DNA of 64,000 bases from Octopus sinensis. Its lineage: Eukaryota. Under the pieces are notes generated by a model, which saw nothing but the letters and a program-made list of their open reading frames with translations, searched no databases and was not told the origin of the DNA. How positions within the stretch are numbered: the stretch's first letter is position 1; each line of letters starts with the position of its first letter. Below, piece by piece: positions 11,385 through 24,111 of the stretch. Position numbers and translations under genes: made by a program. The stretch covers positions 15,128,001 to 15,192,000 of the forward strand of contig NC_043020.1 of NCBI RefSeq assembly GCF_006345805.1, in the 5' to 3' direction.

Positions 11385-12799
11385 TTGTGTGTCTGTGTTT
11401 GTCCCCCAAGCATTGTTTGACAACCGATGCTGGTGTGTTTAAGTCCCCGTCACTTAGCAGTTCGGCAAAAGAGACCGATAAAATAAGTACTGGGCTTACA
11501 AAGAATAAGTCCCGTGGTTGATTTCCATTTATATATCCACTCACATTATTTTAGAGTCGGAGAAGATCTTATAGAATCTCCCATACAAATAGAATAAGGG
11601 AAAGAACTCTGCATGCTCCCTTTCTCTTTCTCTCTGTCTCTTTCTCTCCCTCTCTCTCCCCTCAGACTGGTAGATATGGGGAAGTAACCCTACAAGTTCT
11701 ACCAGATGTGTCAGCAAAGTAGATTAGACCCTGCTGCTTCTCTTATACAGCTGGAGGAGGGGAAGTAATCATGATACCACAAAGTCTGCAAGACATAGCC
11801 ACGTAATTTACTTGTTGAGCACTCTTCAAGGTATTCGATGTCTCGAAGATATTAAATGGGTTAGGCATAAATCAACTTGCTTTGGTATATTTGTTCATGA
11901 TGGAAAGTTTAGTATTGATTCCCACATGACTAATTGCTCTGGGTTCCCAGAGAATATTTATTTTGTAACACTCCTGCTGGAGTGAATTGTCACACAAGCA
12001 AATGCTTGTCAAAAATTATATATGTCTATCTGTCTGCCTGCCTGCTTTCCTTTCTGCCTGTCTGCCTGTTTGCCTGTCTGTCTGCCTGCTTGTCTGTCTG
12101 TATGTACGTACGTATGTATGTATGAATGTATGTGTGTGTGTGTGTGTGCATGCATGTGTATGTATGTATGTATGTATGTATGCATGTCATTATTCAGTGT
12201 TATCTTAAGGCAGTGAGCTGGCAGAATCATTAGCACACTGGGCGAAATGCTTAGCGGTATTTCATCTGCTGTTACGTTCTGAGTTCAAATTCCACCAAGG
12301 TTGACTTTGCCTTTCGTCTTTTTGGAGGTCAATGAAATAAGTACCAGTTATGCACTGGGGTAGATATAATCAACTATCCCTTCCCCCAAATTTTCAGGCC
12401 TTGTGCCTACAGTAAAAAGGATTATTCAGTTTTATTTTAAGATTTCTTGTCAATAGAGAAAGAACCAGTTTCTAACTTAGATCCAAGGCTCCTTCATAGG
12501 AATTTCAACAATATCTAGAAACAAAGTCATGGGTATGTAGTGGTAGCATGAGTGCTCTTGAACTTTAGCGGTCCACATTGTAGCTTTCCACTACCCATTT
12601 TGGTTCACCACGGGATGGTTAGATCCATTTAGTTTTACTTGGACTGCCCACATCTTTAATATGATGGACTAGCTTAGTGTCTGTTTGTCAGTTATAAAAT
12701 GGGAAGTTCTGGCTCGCTAAGTCCCTAGGGAGGATAGTTTTGTTATGAGTGACCTGGAACGTGATGTGAAAACAATTTGGATTTCAATTTGCAGTTTTC

Positions 12800-14830
12800 A
12801 GTTTGAGCAGATTTCAAACTAGAATCCTGGACATTAAGCTTAGCATCCTACCAACACTTGAATAGAAGTAACCAGAATTATTGTGAAGCTGTATTTCAGG
12901 ATTTTCTACCACACTTTTACTACATATTGAGCAGGACCATTTTCTTGAAAGGGTTAGTGGCTTGTCTGTTTTCCTGCTTACAAGAAATTTGGTCTTTGCT
13001 AAGTGAACTCTAAAGTCCTTTGATTCCAGTGTTTGCTTCCACATCTAGACTTTCATTTCTAGGTTTACTTCCACACCTAGACTTTCACTTCTACATTAAT
13101 TATGGCTGTTCTAAGTTAGTGAACTTGTTAGAAAGAGTGTATGGGTAGCATCTCTCTATCACTTGTCCCTCTCACTTATCTCTCTTGCCCATTGCAAGGT
13201 ACATGTAAAATGAATTGCATCAGATTTGCTAGTACCCATACCCTCTACCACTATACTTTCCGTACTTCAAACTATTACTTCCCACCCCTTGGGTAACTTG
13301 TTGATATCCATCATTCACTACTACCATTCATCTGTTTCTCTTACTAGCCATCACTCTCTCATTGCCTCTGCTATCATCTCACTCCAGTTCACTCTGTTTT
13401 TACCATCATACTCATGCTTCCTCCACCTGCCCATTCTAGTTCTTCTGTGATTATTTCCTTTTCTGTTTACTCCTCAGCTACAAAGATAGTCCCATATGAA
13501 CAAACACATCATAGAGTTGTCAGGATTCTTTAAACTTATGGGGTATGAAGCAATCTACCTTGTACCCCATAATAAAATAAGCAGTGGTTGACAAAAGAGT
13601 GAAGGCAACATGAGGTCGGGAGGATTCTTTCATCTTGTTGTGGGCATGATAACTTCTCTAGATGCCACAATAAACTGTATCCAGTACATTCTGTAAACGT
13701 GATTGACGATAAGAAGGACATGCAGCCATAAAACAAAATTAAAAATTATATTGGCCTCAGAGCGTTGGGCCTCACAGAGGCAATGACGAAGGACTGAGAT
13801 CTCTGGAGATATGCTGTGACTGCAAAGACCCGGGCTGCTTCTTGCACCAGTTCCACATTGCCCCTGCCTATTCAAAGTACCTTGGATTTCAGAACATTCC
13901 GCTGTGCTTGAGGAGACCTATTGAGTCAAGTACACGAACATCGAAAGAAATATCAATGGAAATAGTAGTTGTAATACCTGTGCTGGTGGCACATAAAAAG
14001 CACCATCCGAACGTGGCTGATGCCAGCACCGCCTCGACTGGCTTCTGTGCCGGTGGCACGTAAAAAGCACCATGTGAACATGGCCGATGCCAGCGCCACC
14101 TTGACTGGCTTCCGTGCCGGTGGCACGTTAAAAGCAGCAACCGATCGTTTCCGCTGCCAGACTCGCCTGGCACGTAAAAAGCACCCACTACACTCGCGGA
14201 GTGGTTGGCATTAGGAAGGGCATCCAGCTGTAGAAACACTGCCAGATCAGACTGGAGCCTGGTGCAGCCTTCTGGCTTCCCAGACCTCGGTCGAACCGTT
14301 CAACCCATGCTAGCACGGAAAACGGACGTTAAACGATGATGATGATTGGAGTGAGATGCAGTGTGCAAGAGAGAAGAATGCATTGGTTTGGTCCTGTGAT
14401 GCATATGGATGTAGACAACTGCATACTGAAGTTCTGAGCACTTAAAGTGGATGGAACTTGTAGAAGAGGAAGATTCAGGAAGACATGGGACAAAGTACTG
14501 AAGGCTGATCTCAAGATTCTGAGCCTTACAAATGAGATGATTAAGAACTGAGATGTCTGGCACATTGCTGTACTCAAGGAGACCTGTCTGTCACTGCAGA
14601 ATCGATACTGGTGTTGGTGCCACAAAAAACTCAAATGTGCTGGTGTCATATTAAAAGCACTGGTGCTGGTGCTACATAAAAAAGCATCCAGTATGCTCTG
14701 TGGAGTGGTAGGCATTAGGAAGGGCATCCAGCCGTAGAAACCATCTCAGAACAAACAATGGAGCCTGGTGTGCCCCATGGCCTTACCAGCTCCAGTTAAA
14801 CCGCCCAACCCATACCAGCATGGGAAACGG
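12800..14830. mobile_element. Degenerate RTE LINE fragments in both orientations
   Basis: Minus WKQTLESKDFRVHLAKTKFLVSRK...WSCSIC; plus CSVQERRMHWFGPVMHM...GTCRRGRFRKTW; UTR with tandem units and (ATG)n tails. Confidence 0.8.
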
Positions 14831-14985
14831 ATGTTAAATAATAATGATGATGATGATGATGATAATGATGATGATGACGATGGTGGTGGTGGTGGTGGTG
14901 GTGGTGGTGATGGTGATGGTGATGGTGATGATGATGATGATGATGATGATGACGATGACGGTGGTGGTGGTGGTGGTGATGGTGA

Positions 14986-15020
<35 letters not shown>
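14820..15020. repeat. Compound (GAT)n/(GGT)n trinucleotide repeat
   Basis: Direct reading; source of the poly-D/G/H ORFs. Confidence 0.95.
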
Positions 15021-15679
15021 CAAACACCTCCAACCTGTCCTTGGAAAGCAGTAGTTCCAAATAAGAACTGACTCAGACTGTGATGACCCATGTCAGCAGG
15101 GGTAGAATGACAATTATGAAGATGATGACTATGATGATGATGATGATGATATGATATAATGGGGAAACAGTTTTTGTTTTAGATACAAATTACAATTGTA
15201 TTCTAATTATATACTTTTCCATCAAATTTTGTTTTCAATATTTTGGATGAATTCCTTAAAGTCTACTTGGAACAGTAACGTTTCCAAATTCCTCATCAAC
15301 GTGTCTTGACCTATAAAGACTCATCTTCAGGTTGGCGCATGTTACTGCCTGTTTATAGTAAGCAGGACCGATGTAACTGATGGTTAGATTTATGTTATTA
15401 GTTAGATGTTAATTTTTATTTTTAATATTTTTTATTCTTTTACTCGTTTCAGTCACTTGGCTGTGGCCATACCGGAGCACTACCTTCAAGAGTTTTCGTT
15501 GAACAAAAAGACCCCAGGGCTTATATTTTTTTAAAGCCTAGTACTTACTCTGTTGATCTCTTTTGCCAAACTGCTAAGTTATGGGAACATAAGCACACTA
15601 ACACCAGTTGTCAAGTGGTATTGGGGAGACTAACACAGACACAAAGACACACACATAGATAGATACACACATACATACA

Positions 15680-15731
<52 letters not shown>

Positions 15732-15734
15732 CAC

Positions 15735-15856
15735 ATTAGGAAGGGCATCCTCGTTAGGAAGGGCATTCTGTTAGGAAAGGCATTCCGTTAGAAAGGGCAT
15801 CCTGTTAGGAAGAGCATCCTTGTTAGGAAGGGCATCCCGTTAGGAAAGGCATCCCT
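15735..15856 (+). repeat. About 20-bp tandem repeat (ttaggaagggcatcc..) amplified from the RTE 3' UTR
   Basis: About six imperfect consecutive copies immediately before an RTE 3' end. Confidence 0.85.
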
Positions 15857-17002
15857 ACACTCTCGAAGTGGTTGGCGCTAGGAAGGGCATCCAGTTGTAG
15901 AAACTCTGCCAAATCAAGATTGGAGCCTGGTGCAGCCATCTGGTTCGCCAGTCCTCAGTCAAAATCGTCCAACCCATGCTAGCATGGAAAGCGGACGTTA
16001 AACGATGATGATGATGATGATATATATATATGGCAGACTTCTTTCAGTTTCCATCAACCAAATGCACTCTCAAGGTTTTGGACAGCCTGAGGCTATTTGT
16101 CTATTTCTCTGGAGTATAGATGTATGGCTTACTAATCAGTTTTTGGCTTTTATGGTTTTTTTCCACCAGGAACCTTTCGTAACGCCTCCCCCTATTGGGA
16201 ATTTTTCATTGTTATATTTTCGTTGTTAAACTGCTTTTTTACTCAGATTTTACAAACGGACAAAACCCTTTGTAACCTTTCGTCCTGTTTTGTCCCTTTA
16301 TGTGATAATTGATTGTTGTCAGCCCTTGTGGCCAATAAAAGAATTAATTATTATTATTATCTAGTTCTGGTTTGTGTTGTGTGGTGCATTGTTCTTTGCT
16401 GTAAGTACATAATGAGTTAGTAGGATGGTATCATACAGGCATAACCAGTTTAATAGTTAACATTGTGAGGTTTGCAACTTTTAGAAGAACTAGAAATCAA
16501 TTCTGTACTAAAATTCAGCATTTAGAAAACAGGCAAATTCAACTCCCGGCAACAAAATGATTCTATTTCCAGTCAGAAATACTCAGATAGAAAATAGCAG
16601 ATACACTTGCATCCATTTATATCTAAGACACAATTGTATGATTGTACTTATATTAAGACCACAAATGTCCACAAGGATACAAAATGTCAGTGGTGAAATT
16701 TCTATTTTGAAAAGCATTTAGATTCTCCACAAACAAAGAACAAGATAATGAAGTCTAGAGAATGACACAAATACTTATCAATAATGGATATTTTAACAAA
16801 CTAATTGACCAATACAACATATTACATTAAACAGTAAATCTATTAATAATGGATAAAATGCATACAAATGTATTGTGAATTATATGCGTATTAACTATAG
16901 AATATAGAACACTTGATCTGAAAGCTCTTAAAGCAGAACATAAAATGCATTGTTAAATCATAAACAAACACTTATAATATACTAGAAAAACACTAAAATG
17001 AA

Positions 17003-17222
17003 CCCTTTCGTTACTGCATTTATTTTGAGATGTTTTGTGTTTCTTCCAATTACTTTAAATATAACGAAGAATTTAGTAAAATAACATGGTTATCATTGAG
17101 CTAGTGTTAGGAACATAAATTGTGACTAAGATTTGGTGGAAGATTTTTCTTCAAAACTTATGAAAACAAGACATTTGTACTCAGGGCCAGAGCCGGTTTC
17201 AGCCGGGTTGGTAACGAAAGGG
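17003..17222. mobile_element. piggyBac-type MITE
   Basis: TIR CCCTTTCGTTAC / GTAACGAAAGGG; right TTAA intact, left mutated to TGAA. Confidence 0.8.
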
Positions 17223-17385
17223 TTAAAACCTTAATAATAACAAATGACAAGCATCTAAACCGGCAAACAATAACTAATGGGATTTATTAAGTTGATTGCA
17301 AAAGTGAAAGCTGGAGAAGTTCACAAATCCAACTGTTATAGTTCTATTACAAGTATGACATTTAAAAATGAAAAAAATGAACAAA

Positions 17386-17772
17386 TCTTTATATATAAAA
17401 GTAAGGTTGTGTGTCTGTCTCCTACAATTTAGATTCCTAACTACTCCCACATTTTGCGGCGCAGTTTAACCAAAACCGGGTATCTTATAGTCGTGATTCA
17501 TATCGAGCCCTTCTGGGTATTAGCGCGTGTCTACGATGAGTCTACAATTTTAAAAATAATTTACCATCATTTTTTACCATTTTAATGCATTTTTTCGCTA
17601 TTATATAAAGGAAGTAACTCTCTAAAAATGTCTACGATGAGTCTACGATTTAAAAAAAAATTTACCATCAGTTTTTTTCCATTTTTAATGCATTTTTTTG
17701 CTATAACTCTCTAAAAAATGCTTTATAGTTATTTCCCTTACAAACCCGAGCAACGCCGGGCGATACTGCTAG
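17386..17772 (+). mobile_element. Non-autonomous Helitron
   Basis: a|TCTTTATATATAAAA start; hairpin cccgagcaacgccggg then CTAG|t; A/T target. Confidence 0.85.
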
Positions 17773-17775
17773 TTA

Positions 17776-17921
17776 TATATATACAGGAATTAATTTACAA
17801 ATTAATACAATTAGAATTAATATACTAAACTTAATTTTAAATATTTAGTATATTAATTTCAAATTAAGTTTAGTATATTAATTCTAATTATATTAATTTA
17901 TAAATTAATTCCTGTATATAT
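17776..17921. repeat. AT-rich fold-back palindrome
   Basis: atatacaggaattaattta...aaacttaattt mirrored by aaattaagttt...taaattaattcctgtatat. Confidence 0.85.
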
Positions 17922-18500
17922 AATTTTTTCATTTTTTCATTTTTAAATTTCATTTTTGGATTTGGTTTGCAAGATTCTTTATGTGAGTTCATGTGTTGAA
18001 GTATATTCTGTTATGTCTGGGGAGAGTCATTTTATTTTAGTGCCTTATAATATAACACACTCATTTTTAAATGTTTTTCCCTTGAAATTTTTTCCATATA
18101 TATATATTTTTCCATGTATTTTTCATATCTTTTCATATCTTCATTCGTGTTTTACGCGTAACATTCACCGGAATTTTTGTCATTCGTATTAGTTTCCATT
18201 CATCCTCTTCATTTGGATATATACATCTCTTTATAATGTTATATTTTCTTCTCATTAGTATATATTTTTTCCGCATTCGTATATATTTTTCATTTTTCAA
18301 TTTTCATTTATATATATATTTTTTAGGCGTAATTCACATTTAATTCTTAATTAATTATGGCTTAAACTGCAGGGTTCAATGAATTTATTTACACACCTAT
18401 ATGTTTTGACATACTAGGAATTTATTTATACATCTGTTTAGTTTGATATACTTTTAAGTTGGAATATATAATGATAGATAAAATTATAAAAGTGGGATCG

Positions 18501-18600
18501 GTAGACCTGAAGATTGGGGTTGTATATAAGGGGAGGTTCTGTAAGAGACTGCATGTCTCAAGAACATAGTATACAACATCATGAAACATGTGTAGTCGAC
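18501..18600 (+). ncRNA. Type I hammerhead ribozyme with extended stem II
   Basis: Stem I GTAGAC/GTCGAC (5 of 6 bp); core CTGAAGA (18507-18513); stem II with TTGTATA/TATACAA, GTTCT/AGAAC and GAGAC/GTCTC; GAA-ACATGTGT-A cleavage site at 18594. Confidence 0.7.
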
Positions 18601-18764
18601 AGCTTTTAACATGAATAGTAAGTATTAAATATAATATTCTATGACATGGTTGAATTTATATTCTGATTTGATGAATTTTATAGGGATTTCTGTCTCTAAT
18701 GATACTTTGATATATATATATATATTATATATACACACACACACAAATATATATATGTTGCCAT

Positions 18765-18945
18765 GATAGATCGTTAGCCACTACACACATTTTCTTCTCT
18801 CCTTGTTTTTCTGCGTCCCTTTCTGTAGAAGAGCATAGGCTCGAAACGTAAAAGACTTTTTCTATTCCTGAGCGTTATACTAATACATCTGTTTGTTTTG
18901 TACACCACCTGTCTTCGTCTTTTGTTTTTTCGTAAACTCTCCCTA
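18765..18945 (+). mobile_element. Solo Penelope-like terminal repeat with minimal hammerhead variant (18819-18854)
   Basis: CTTT-CTGTAGAA-GAGC-ATAG-GCTC-GAAACGTA-AAAG, flanked by TA microsatellites. Confidence 0.6.
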
Positions 18946-19141
18946 TATATATATATATATACAAAATGAGAAAATGGAGAAATATATCTAAATCAATCAT
19001 CAACCATCAGATAATACCCAATCAATACTTTATTAAACCATTACACAATAGCAATGATATTATACATTAATATAGTACAAATATAACAAGACATAGAAAT
19101 AGAAATAGAAAATACATTTACATTGTAGCTATATATATATA

Positions 19142-19174
<33 letters not shown>

Positions 19175-19461
19175 TACTAATACAATTGTTCGTTTGTTTT
19201 CCACCTGCCTTCGTCTTTTGTTTATTTTCATAAAGCTTCCCGTTATATATATACATACATACATATATAAGGAGAAGTACAAATAAATAGTGAAAGGAAA
19301 TGGGATAGTTGTATCTGTATGTTTGCTTACAAAATGTAAAGAAAAGGAGAGAATTTTAGAGGATGGGATAGGAAGGCAATGTTAGGTGCAGGTAAGTGTT
19401 TTAGTAGTGAATGGAATTGATAGTATATGACCTTGAACACATAAGTGGTGCTTTGGAAATA

Positions 19462-19502
<41 letters not shown>

Positions 19503-19539
19503 AATAACAACAACAACAACAATAATGGTAACAAGAACA

Positions 19540-19830
19540 ATATCAATATTTTGAAATACATTCTGACAAATGATCTAACAGAAACAAGGGACTTGTTCAG
19601 ATTTGCTTCAATTTTAGTAGGTGAACTGGTTGGAAAGAAAGAGAAGAAAGTAGACAGACAATCTGGAAAAAGACATCTGAAAATCTTAGAAATACCCTAC
19701 AATTTAGATGTATTGCAAAAGTCAGCATTACTTGGAATGGTACGCATATTGCACAAAGGACTGTCTGTCTGAGGTCCTTGTTGTGACTTGACAAACAGTA
19801 CAAACACCCGGTAGCCACAATATCTTCAAT
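19540..19830 (+). mobile_element. Degenerate R4/Dong-type 3' end
   Basis: KHLKILEIPYNLDVLQKSALLGMVRILHKGLSV* followed by (TAA)n. Confidence 0.6.
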
Positions 19831-19880
19831 ATCTTCAACAATCTCACAATATTGTATATTGTGTGACAATAATAATAATG

Positions 19881-19911
<31 letters not shown>

Positions 19912-19931
19912 TAATAATAATAATAATAATA

Positions 19932-21470
19932 ATACAAGAACAAACATACAAATATTTAGGGATAAATGAAGGCTCTGGTATTCAGCATGCAAGCATGAAA
20001 GAGAAGATCAGGAAGGAATGTTATAGGAGAGTTCGTGCAGTCCTGAAATATGAACTAAATGCACGTAACAAGGTGTTAGCTATAAATTCCTTAGCAGTTC
20101 CAGTTGTTACTTATAGCTACAATGTGTTGAACTGGAATATGAGTGAAGTAAAGAATATAGATAGGAAAATACGCAAGCTGCTGAGTTGTAATAGGATGCA
20201 CCACCCAAAGGCAGATGTAGATCGCCTTTACCTTCCCAGAGCCCAAGGAGGTCGAAGCCTGATCCAATTTGAACTAGCTTACAAAACAACCACAATTGGA
20301 CTGACTAAATATCTCGAAATATCAAATGACTGGATGCTAAAGCTCGTGGAAAATCACGAGAGATGAAAGAAGCTTCATTCTATCATAAAGGAAAGCAAAA
20401 AATTTGCTATTGATCTCGTGCAGGATACCCAAACTGAACAACCCGAGGGAAGTACGGCAACTATTGTTGCAAAGAAGGTGAAAATGATGGCAACGAAAAA
20501 AGTGCACGAGCAATTGGCTGATAGGTGGGAGGAGAAACCTCTGCACGGCAAATATGTGACCCGTAGCAAACAAGCTGATGTTGACCAGAAGCAAAGCCAT
20601 CAGTGGCTACGGAGCTCAGGGCTAAAAGCAGAGAGCGAAGGTTTCATCCTGGCTGCTCAAGATCAAAGCCTATTAACCCGGAACTACCAGGCCAATGTGA
20701 TGAAAAATGGAGCAGACCCAAAATGCCAATTCTGCAACGACATGATTGAAACAGTGGACCATCTAATCTCTGGATGTAAAGTCTTAGCACCAGTGGAGTA
20801 TAAATTAAGACATGACAGAGTTGGCCAATATCTACACTGGCTAATAAGTCGGCATTACAATATCAAAACTGCCGACAAGTGGTATAATCACCACCATGAG
20901 GCTGTAACTGAAGGAGAAAATGTAACCATTCTGTGGGACTTTCCAGTACATACAGACCGAACCATCAAGGCCAATAAACCAGATATTGTTGTGAAAGACC
21001 AAAACAATAAAGTTTGCTTATTGATCGACATGAGCATCCCCTGTGATCATAATATCTCAGCGAAAGAGTTTGACAAGCTCAGAAAATATAAAGACCTACT
21101 CATTGAAATTGAGAAAATGTGGCATCTCAAGGCGGTTACAATACCAGTGATCGTAGGAGCACTAGGAATGATCAAGAAGGGAACCGAAAATTATATGAGA
21201 ATGATCCCTGGCTTACCATCCCTGCAAGAAGTTCAAAAGATTGTCTTAACTGGTACATCACATGTATTGAGAAGAGCCTTGTCGATGTGAGAATTGTTGC
21301 TGCTCATGTATTTTAATTTAACTTAAAAAAAAAATTTTTTTTTTAAATGAACGAACTATAGAGTTTGGTTTAATGGCCTACCGATGTATACTATGAGTTT
21401 CTTTGCCCTAGGAGTCGGGAAGACACTCGGCAAGAAATGGAAGCAAATTTGAAAGAAGAAAAAAAAAGTA
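19932..21470 (+). mobile_element. 5'-truncated R4-clade (Dong-like) non-LTR retrotransposon with restriction-like endonuclease, inserted in (TAA)n
   Basis: YKYLG, RLYLPRAQGGR, CCHC finger CQFC..HLISGC, RHD, PDIV..IDMSIP..K..KY; (TAA)n on both sides; one internal TGA at 20364. Confidence 0.93.
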
Positions 21471-21476
21471 ATAATA

Positions 21477-21514
<38 letters not shown>

Positions 21515-22099
21515 TAATAATAATAATAATAATAATAATTGACCTGATGCATAACTTCTGATCTTAACTGATTGGAAGTGTTATCATGTACATTGTTTCG
21601 TCTTGGTATAAAAGATGGGCTACAGCAAATATTCTGCTCAATACCACAGATTTGCTTGTCAGTTGTTTGACCTTGTGGCAAGACAGTATGATAAGGTGGC
21701 TCTTTGGAAATTATGGCCTAGAAAGATCAAAGGCATGGTATGACCAAATCCAGGGTGATTTACTGAGAATGAAGATTGCAAAATCCTGTGGGATGCAATG
21801 ATTCCTTGTGATCACCGGCTCAGACATTGGAAATTTGACATTGTTGTGGTGAAAAGAAAAACCCTGCATGATAATTGACAGGTCAACAGGATTGAAGAAA
21901 AAGAAAAAGAAAAAGTGAACAACTATAGGCGCAGGAGTGGCTGTGTGGTAAGTAGCTTGATTACCAACCACATGGTTCCGGGTTCAGTCCCACTGCGTGG
22001 CACCTAGCCTCGGGCCGACCAAGGCTTTGTGAGTGGATTTGGCAAACGGAAACTGAAAGAAGCCCATCGTATATATGTATATATGTATGTGTGTGTGTG

Positions 22100-22135
<36 letters not shown>

Positions 22136-22359
22136 TTGTGTGTCTGTGTTTGTCCCCCCCAACATCGCTTGACAACTGATGCTGGTGTGTTTACATCCCA
22201 GTAACTTAGCAGTTCGGCAAAACAGACCGATAGAAAAAGTACTAGGCTTACAAAGAATAAGTCCTGGGGTCGATTTGCTTGACTAAAGGCGGTGCTCCAG
22301 CATGGCCGCAGTCAAATGACTGAAACAAGTAAAAGAGTAAAAGAGTAAAGAGTAACTAT

Positions 22360-22651
22360 GACAAATTGAAGCGGGAAATATGAAGGTTGTGGTCAATGAG
22401 GAGAGTAGACGTGATACAAATAGTAATTGGTGCACTTGGAAATATCGACATTCAGCAACCAGCATGGATCAAAAAGATTGGTACAAATGTAAAAATGGAA
22501 CTCCTATAAAAGACATCATTGCTTGGAACTGCATGAGTTCTCCATGGGGTTCCTAAAGCAAGATCAGTAAACAAGTGCCACATTAGTCTGCTGGATGTGA
22601 GCAGCTGGCATTTTCTATCATACCCTGCTAAATAAGATGAGAATTTTCAAC

Positions 22652-22693
<42 letters not shown>

Positions 22694-22850
22694 GCAGAAC
22701 GCACTGCACACATCCTACGCAGAACACTTTCCATACAATAACTATCAGAGCATCACAACAAATCACAGCACATACCCAAGGCACACAGAGCTGCGCTCGG
22801 TAGTGAAGTGAAAGCACGCTATAAAAATAAAACTACTGAATAATAATAAT
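22360..22850 (+). mobile_element. Two further R4/Dong-type 3' end fragments separated by (TAA)n
   Basis: Remnant with QKSALLG-like ending at 22500-22560, and AERTAHILRRTLSIQ* at 22693, each followed by (TAA)n. Confidence 0.55.
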
Positions 22851-23630
22851 AATAATAATAATAACAATAATAATGTGTGAATCAAAGAGATAGTTTATAC
22901 AATTATTTTATTTTTATTTTTCCATCTGACTTTAAGCCTTTATCAAACTGGTTTCTTAGTTGTTATTGTTCATTTTGTCGTTGTTTTTGTAGTTCATCTT
23001 GTTGTTAGGCCGCAGGTCAGCCCCGATCCGACAAACCATTGATCATTATTAAATATAATAATAAGAAAGCATATGCATAAGTATGCATAAGTGGACTGGC
23101 CAGTCCACTTATGCATACCTTTCCTTCTTGGGACACAAAGCTCTACTTGTGAAGACCTGTTGAGGCAAGTGAAAATCAAAATTGAAATCGATCAACATCA
23201 ATGGAAATTGTAGCTGTGATACCAGTGCCGGTGGCACATAAGAGAACCATCCGAACGTGGCCGTTGCCAGTGCTGCCCCGACTGGCCTCCGTGCTGGTGG
23301 CACGTAAAAAGCACCATCCGATCGTGGCTGTTTGCCAGCCTCGTCAGGCACGTAAAAAGCACCCACTACACTCATGGAGTGGTTGGCGTTAGGAAGGGCA
23401 TCCAGCTGTAGAAACACTGCCAGATCAGACTGGGCCTGGTGCAGCCTTCTGGCTTCCCAGACCTCAGTTGAACCGTCCAACCCATGATAGCATGGAAAGC
23501 GGACGCTAAACGAAGATGGTGATGATTAACATTTAGGAATGTAAAAAAAAAAAGAGGGGAAATAAAAAAGAAGCATGATTATATTGAAATAGAGAAGTAT
23601 AATATACTGAAGAAAGGTATAAATGTCATT

Positions 23631-24016
23631 TTGGAAGCACTCCGTCGGTTACGACGACGAGGGTTCCGGTTGATCCAAATCAACGGAACAACCTGCTCGT
23701 GAAATTAACATGTAAGTGGCTGAGTACTCCACAGACACATGTACCCTTTATGTAGTTCTCGGGGGTATTCAGCGTGACACAGAGAGTGACAAGGCCGGCC
23801 CTTTGAAATACAGGTACAACAGAAACAGGAAGTAAGAGTGAGAGAATGTTGTGGTGAAAGAGTACAGCAGGGATCACCACCATCCCCTGCTGGAGACTCG
23901 TGGAGCTTTAGGTGTTTTCGCTCAATAAACACTCACAACGCCCGGTCTGGGAATTGAAACCGTGATCCTATAACCGCGAGTCCGCTGCCCTAACCACTGG
24001 GCCATTGCGCCTCCAC
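23631..24016 (-). mobile_element. tRNA-derived SINE (family D) with 12-bp TSD
   Basis: TSD ataaatgtcatt; head ggaggcgcaatggcccagtggttagggcagcgg; second copy at 33491-33880. Confidence 0.9.
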
Positions 24017-24111
24017 ATAAATGTCATTATTGAGGAATTGAAGCAAAAGATGAAGGCCAAGGTGTCCAAGCTGTAAAGATTTAAACAAAGAACATAACAA
24101 AACAGAATCAA

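Noticed and set aside
14746-15091. Poly-His, poly-Asp/Gly and poly-Pro/Ser ORFs
   Set aside because: Trinucleotide expansion of an RTE (ATG)n tail, with no splice or start context.
15275-15345. Minus-strand CTGAAGA...GAAACGTT hammerhead-like remnants (also 34334-34390)
   Set aside because: Core or stem II is too decayed to support a call from a single copy.
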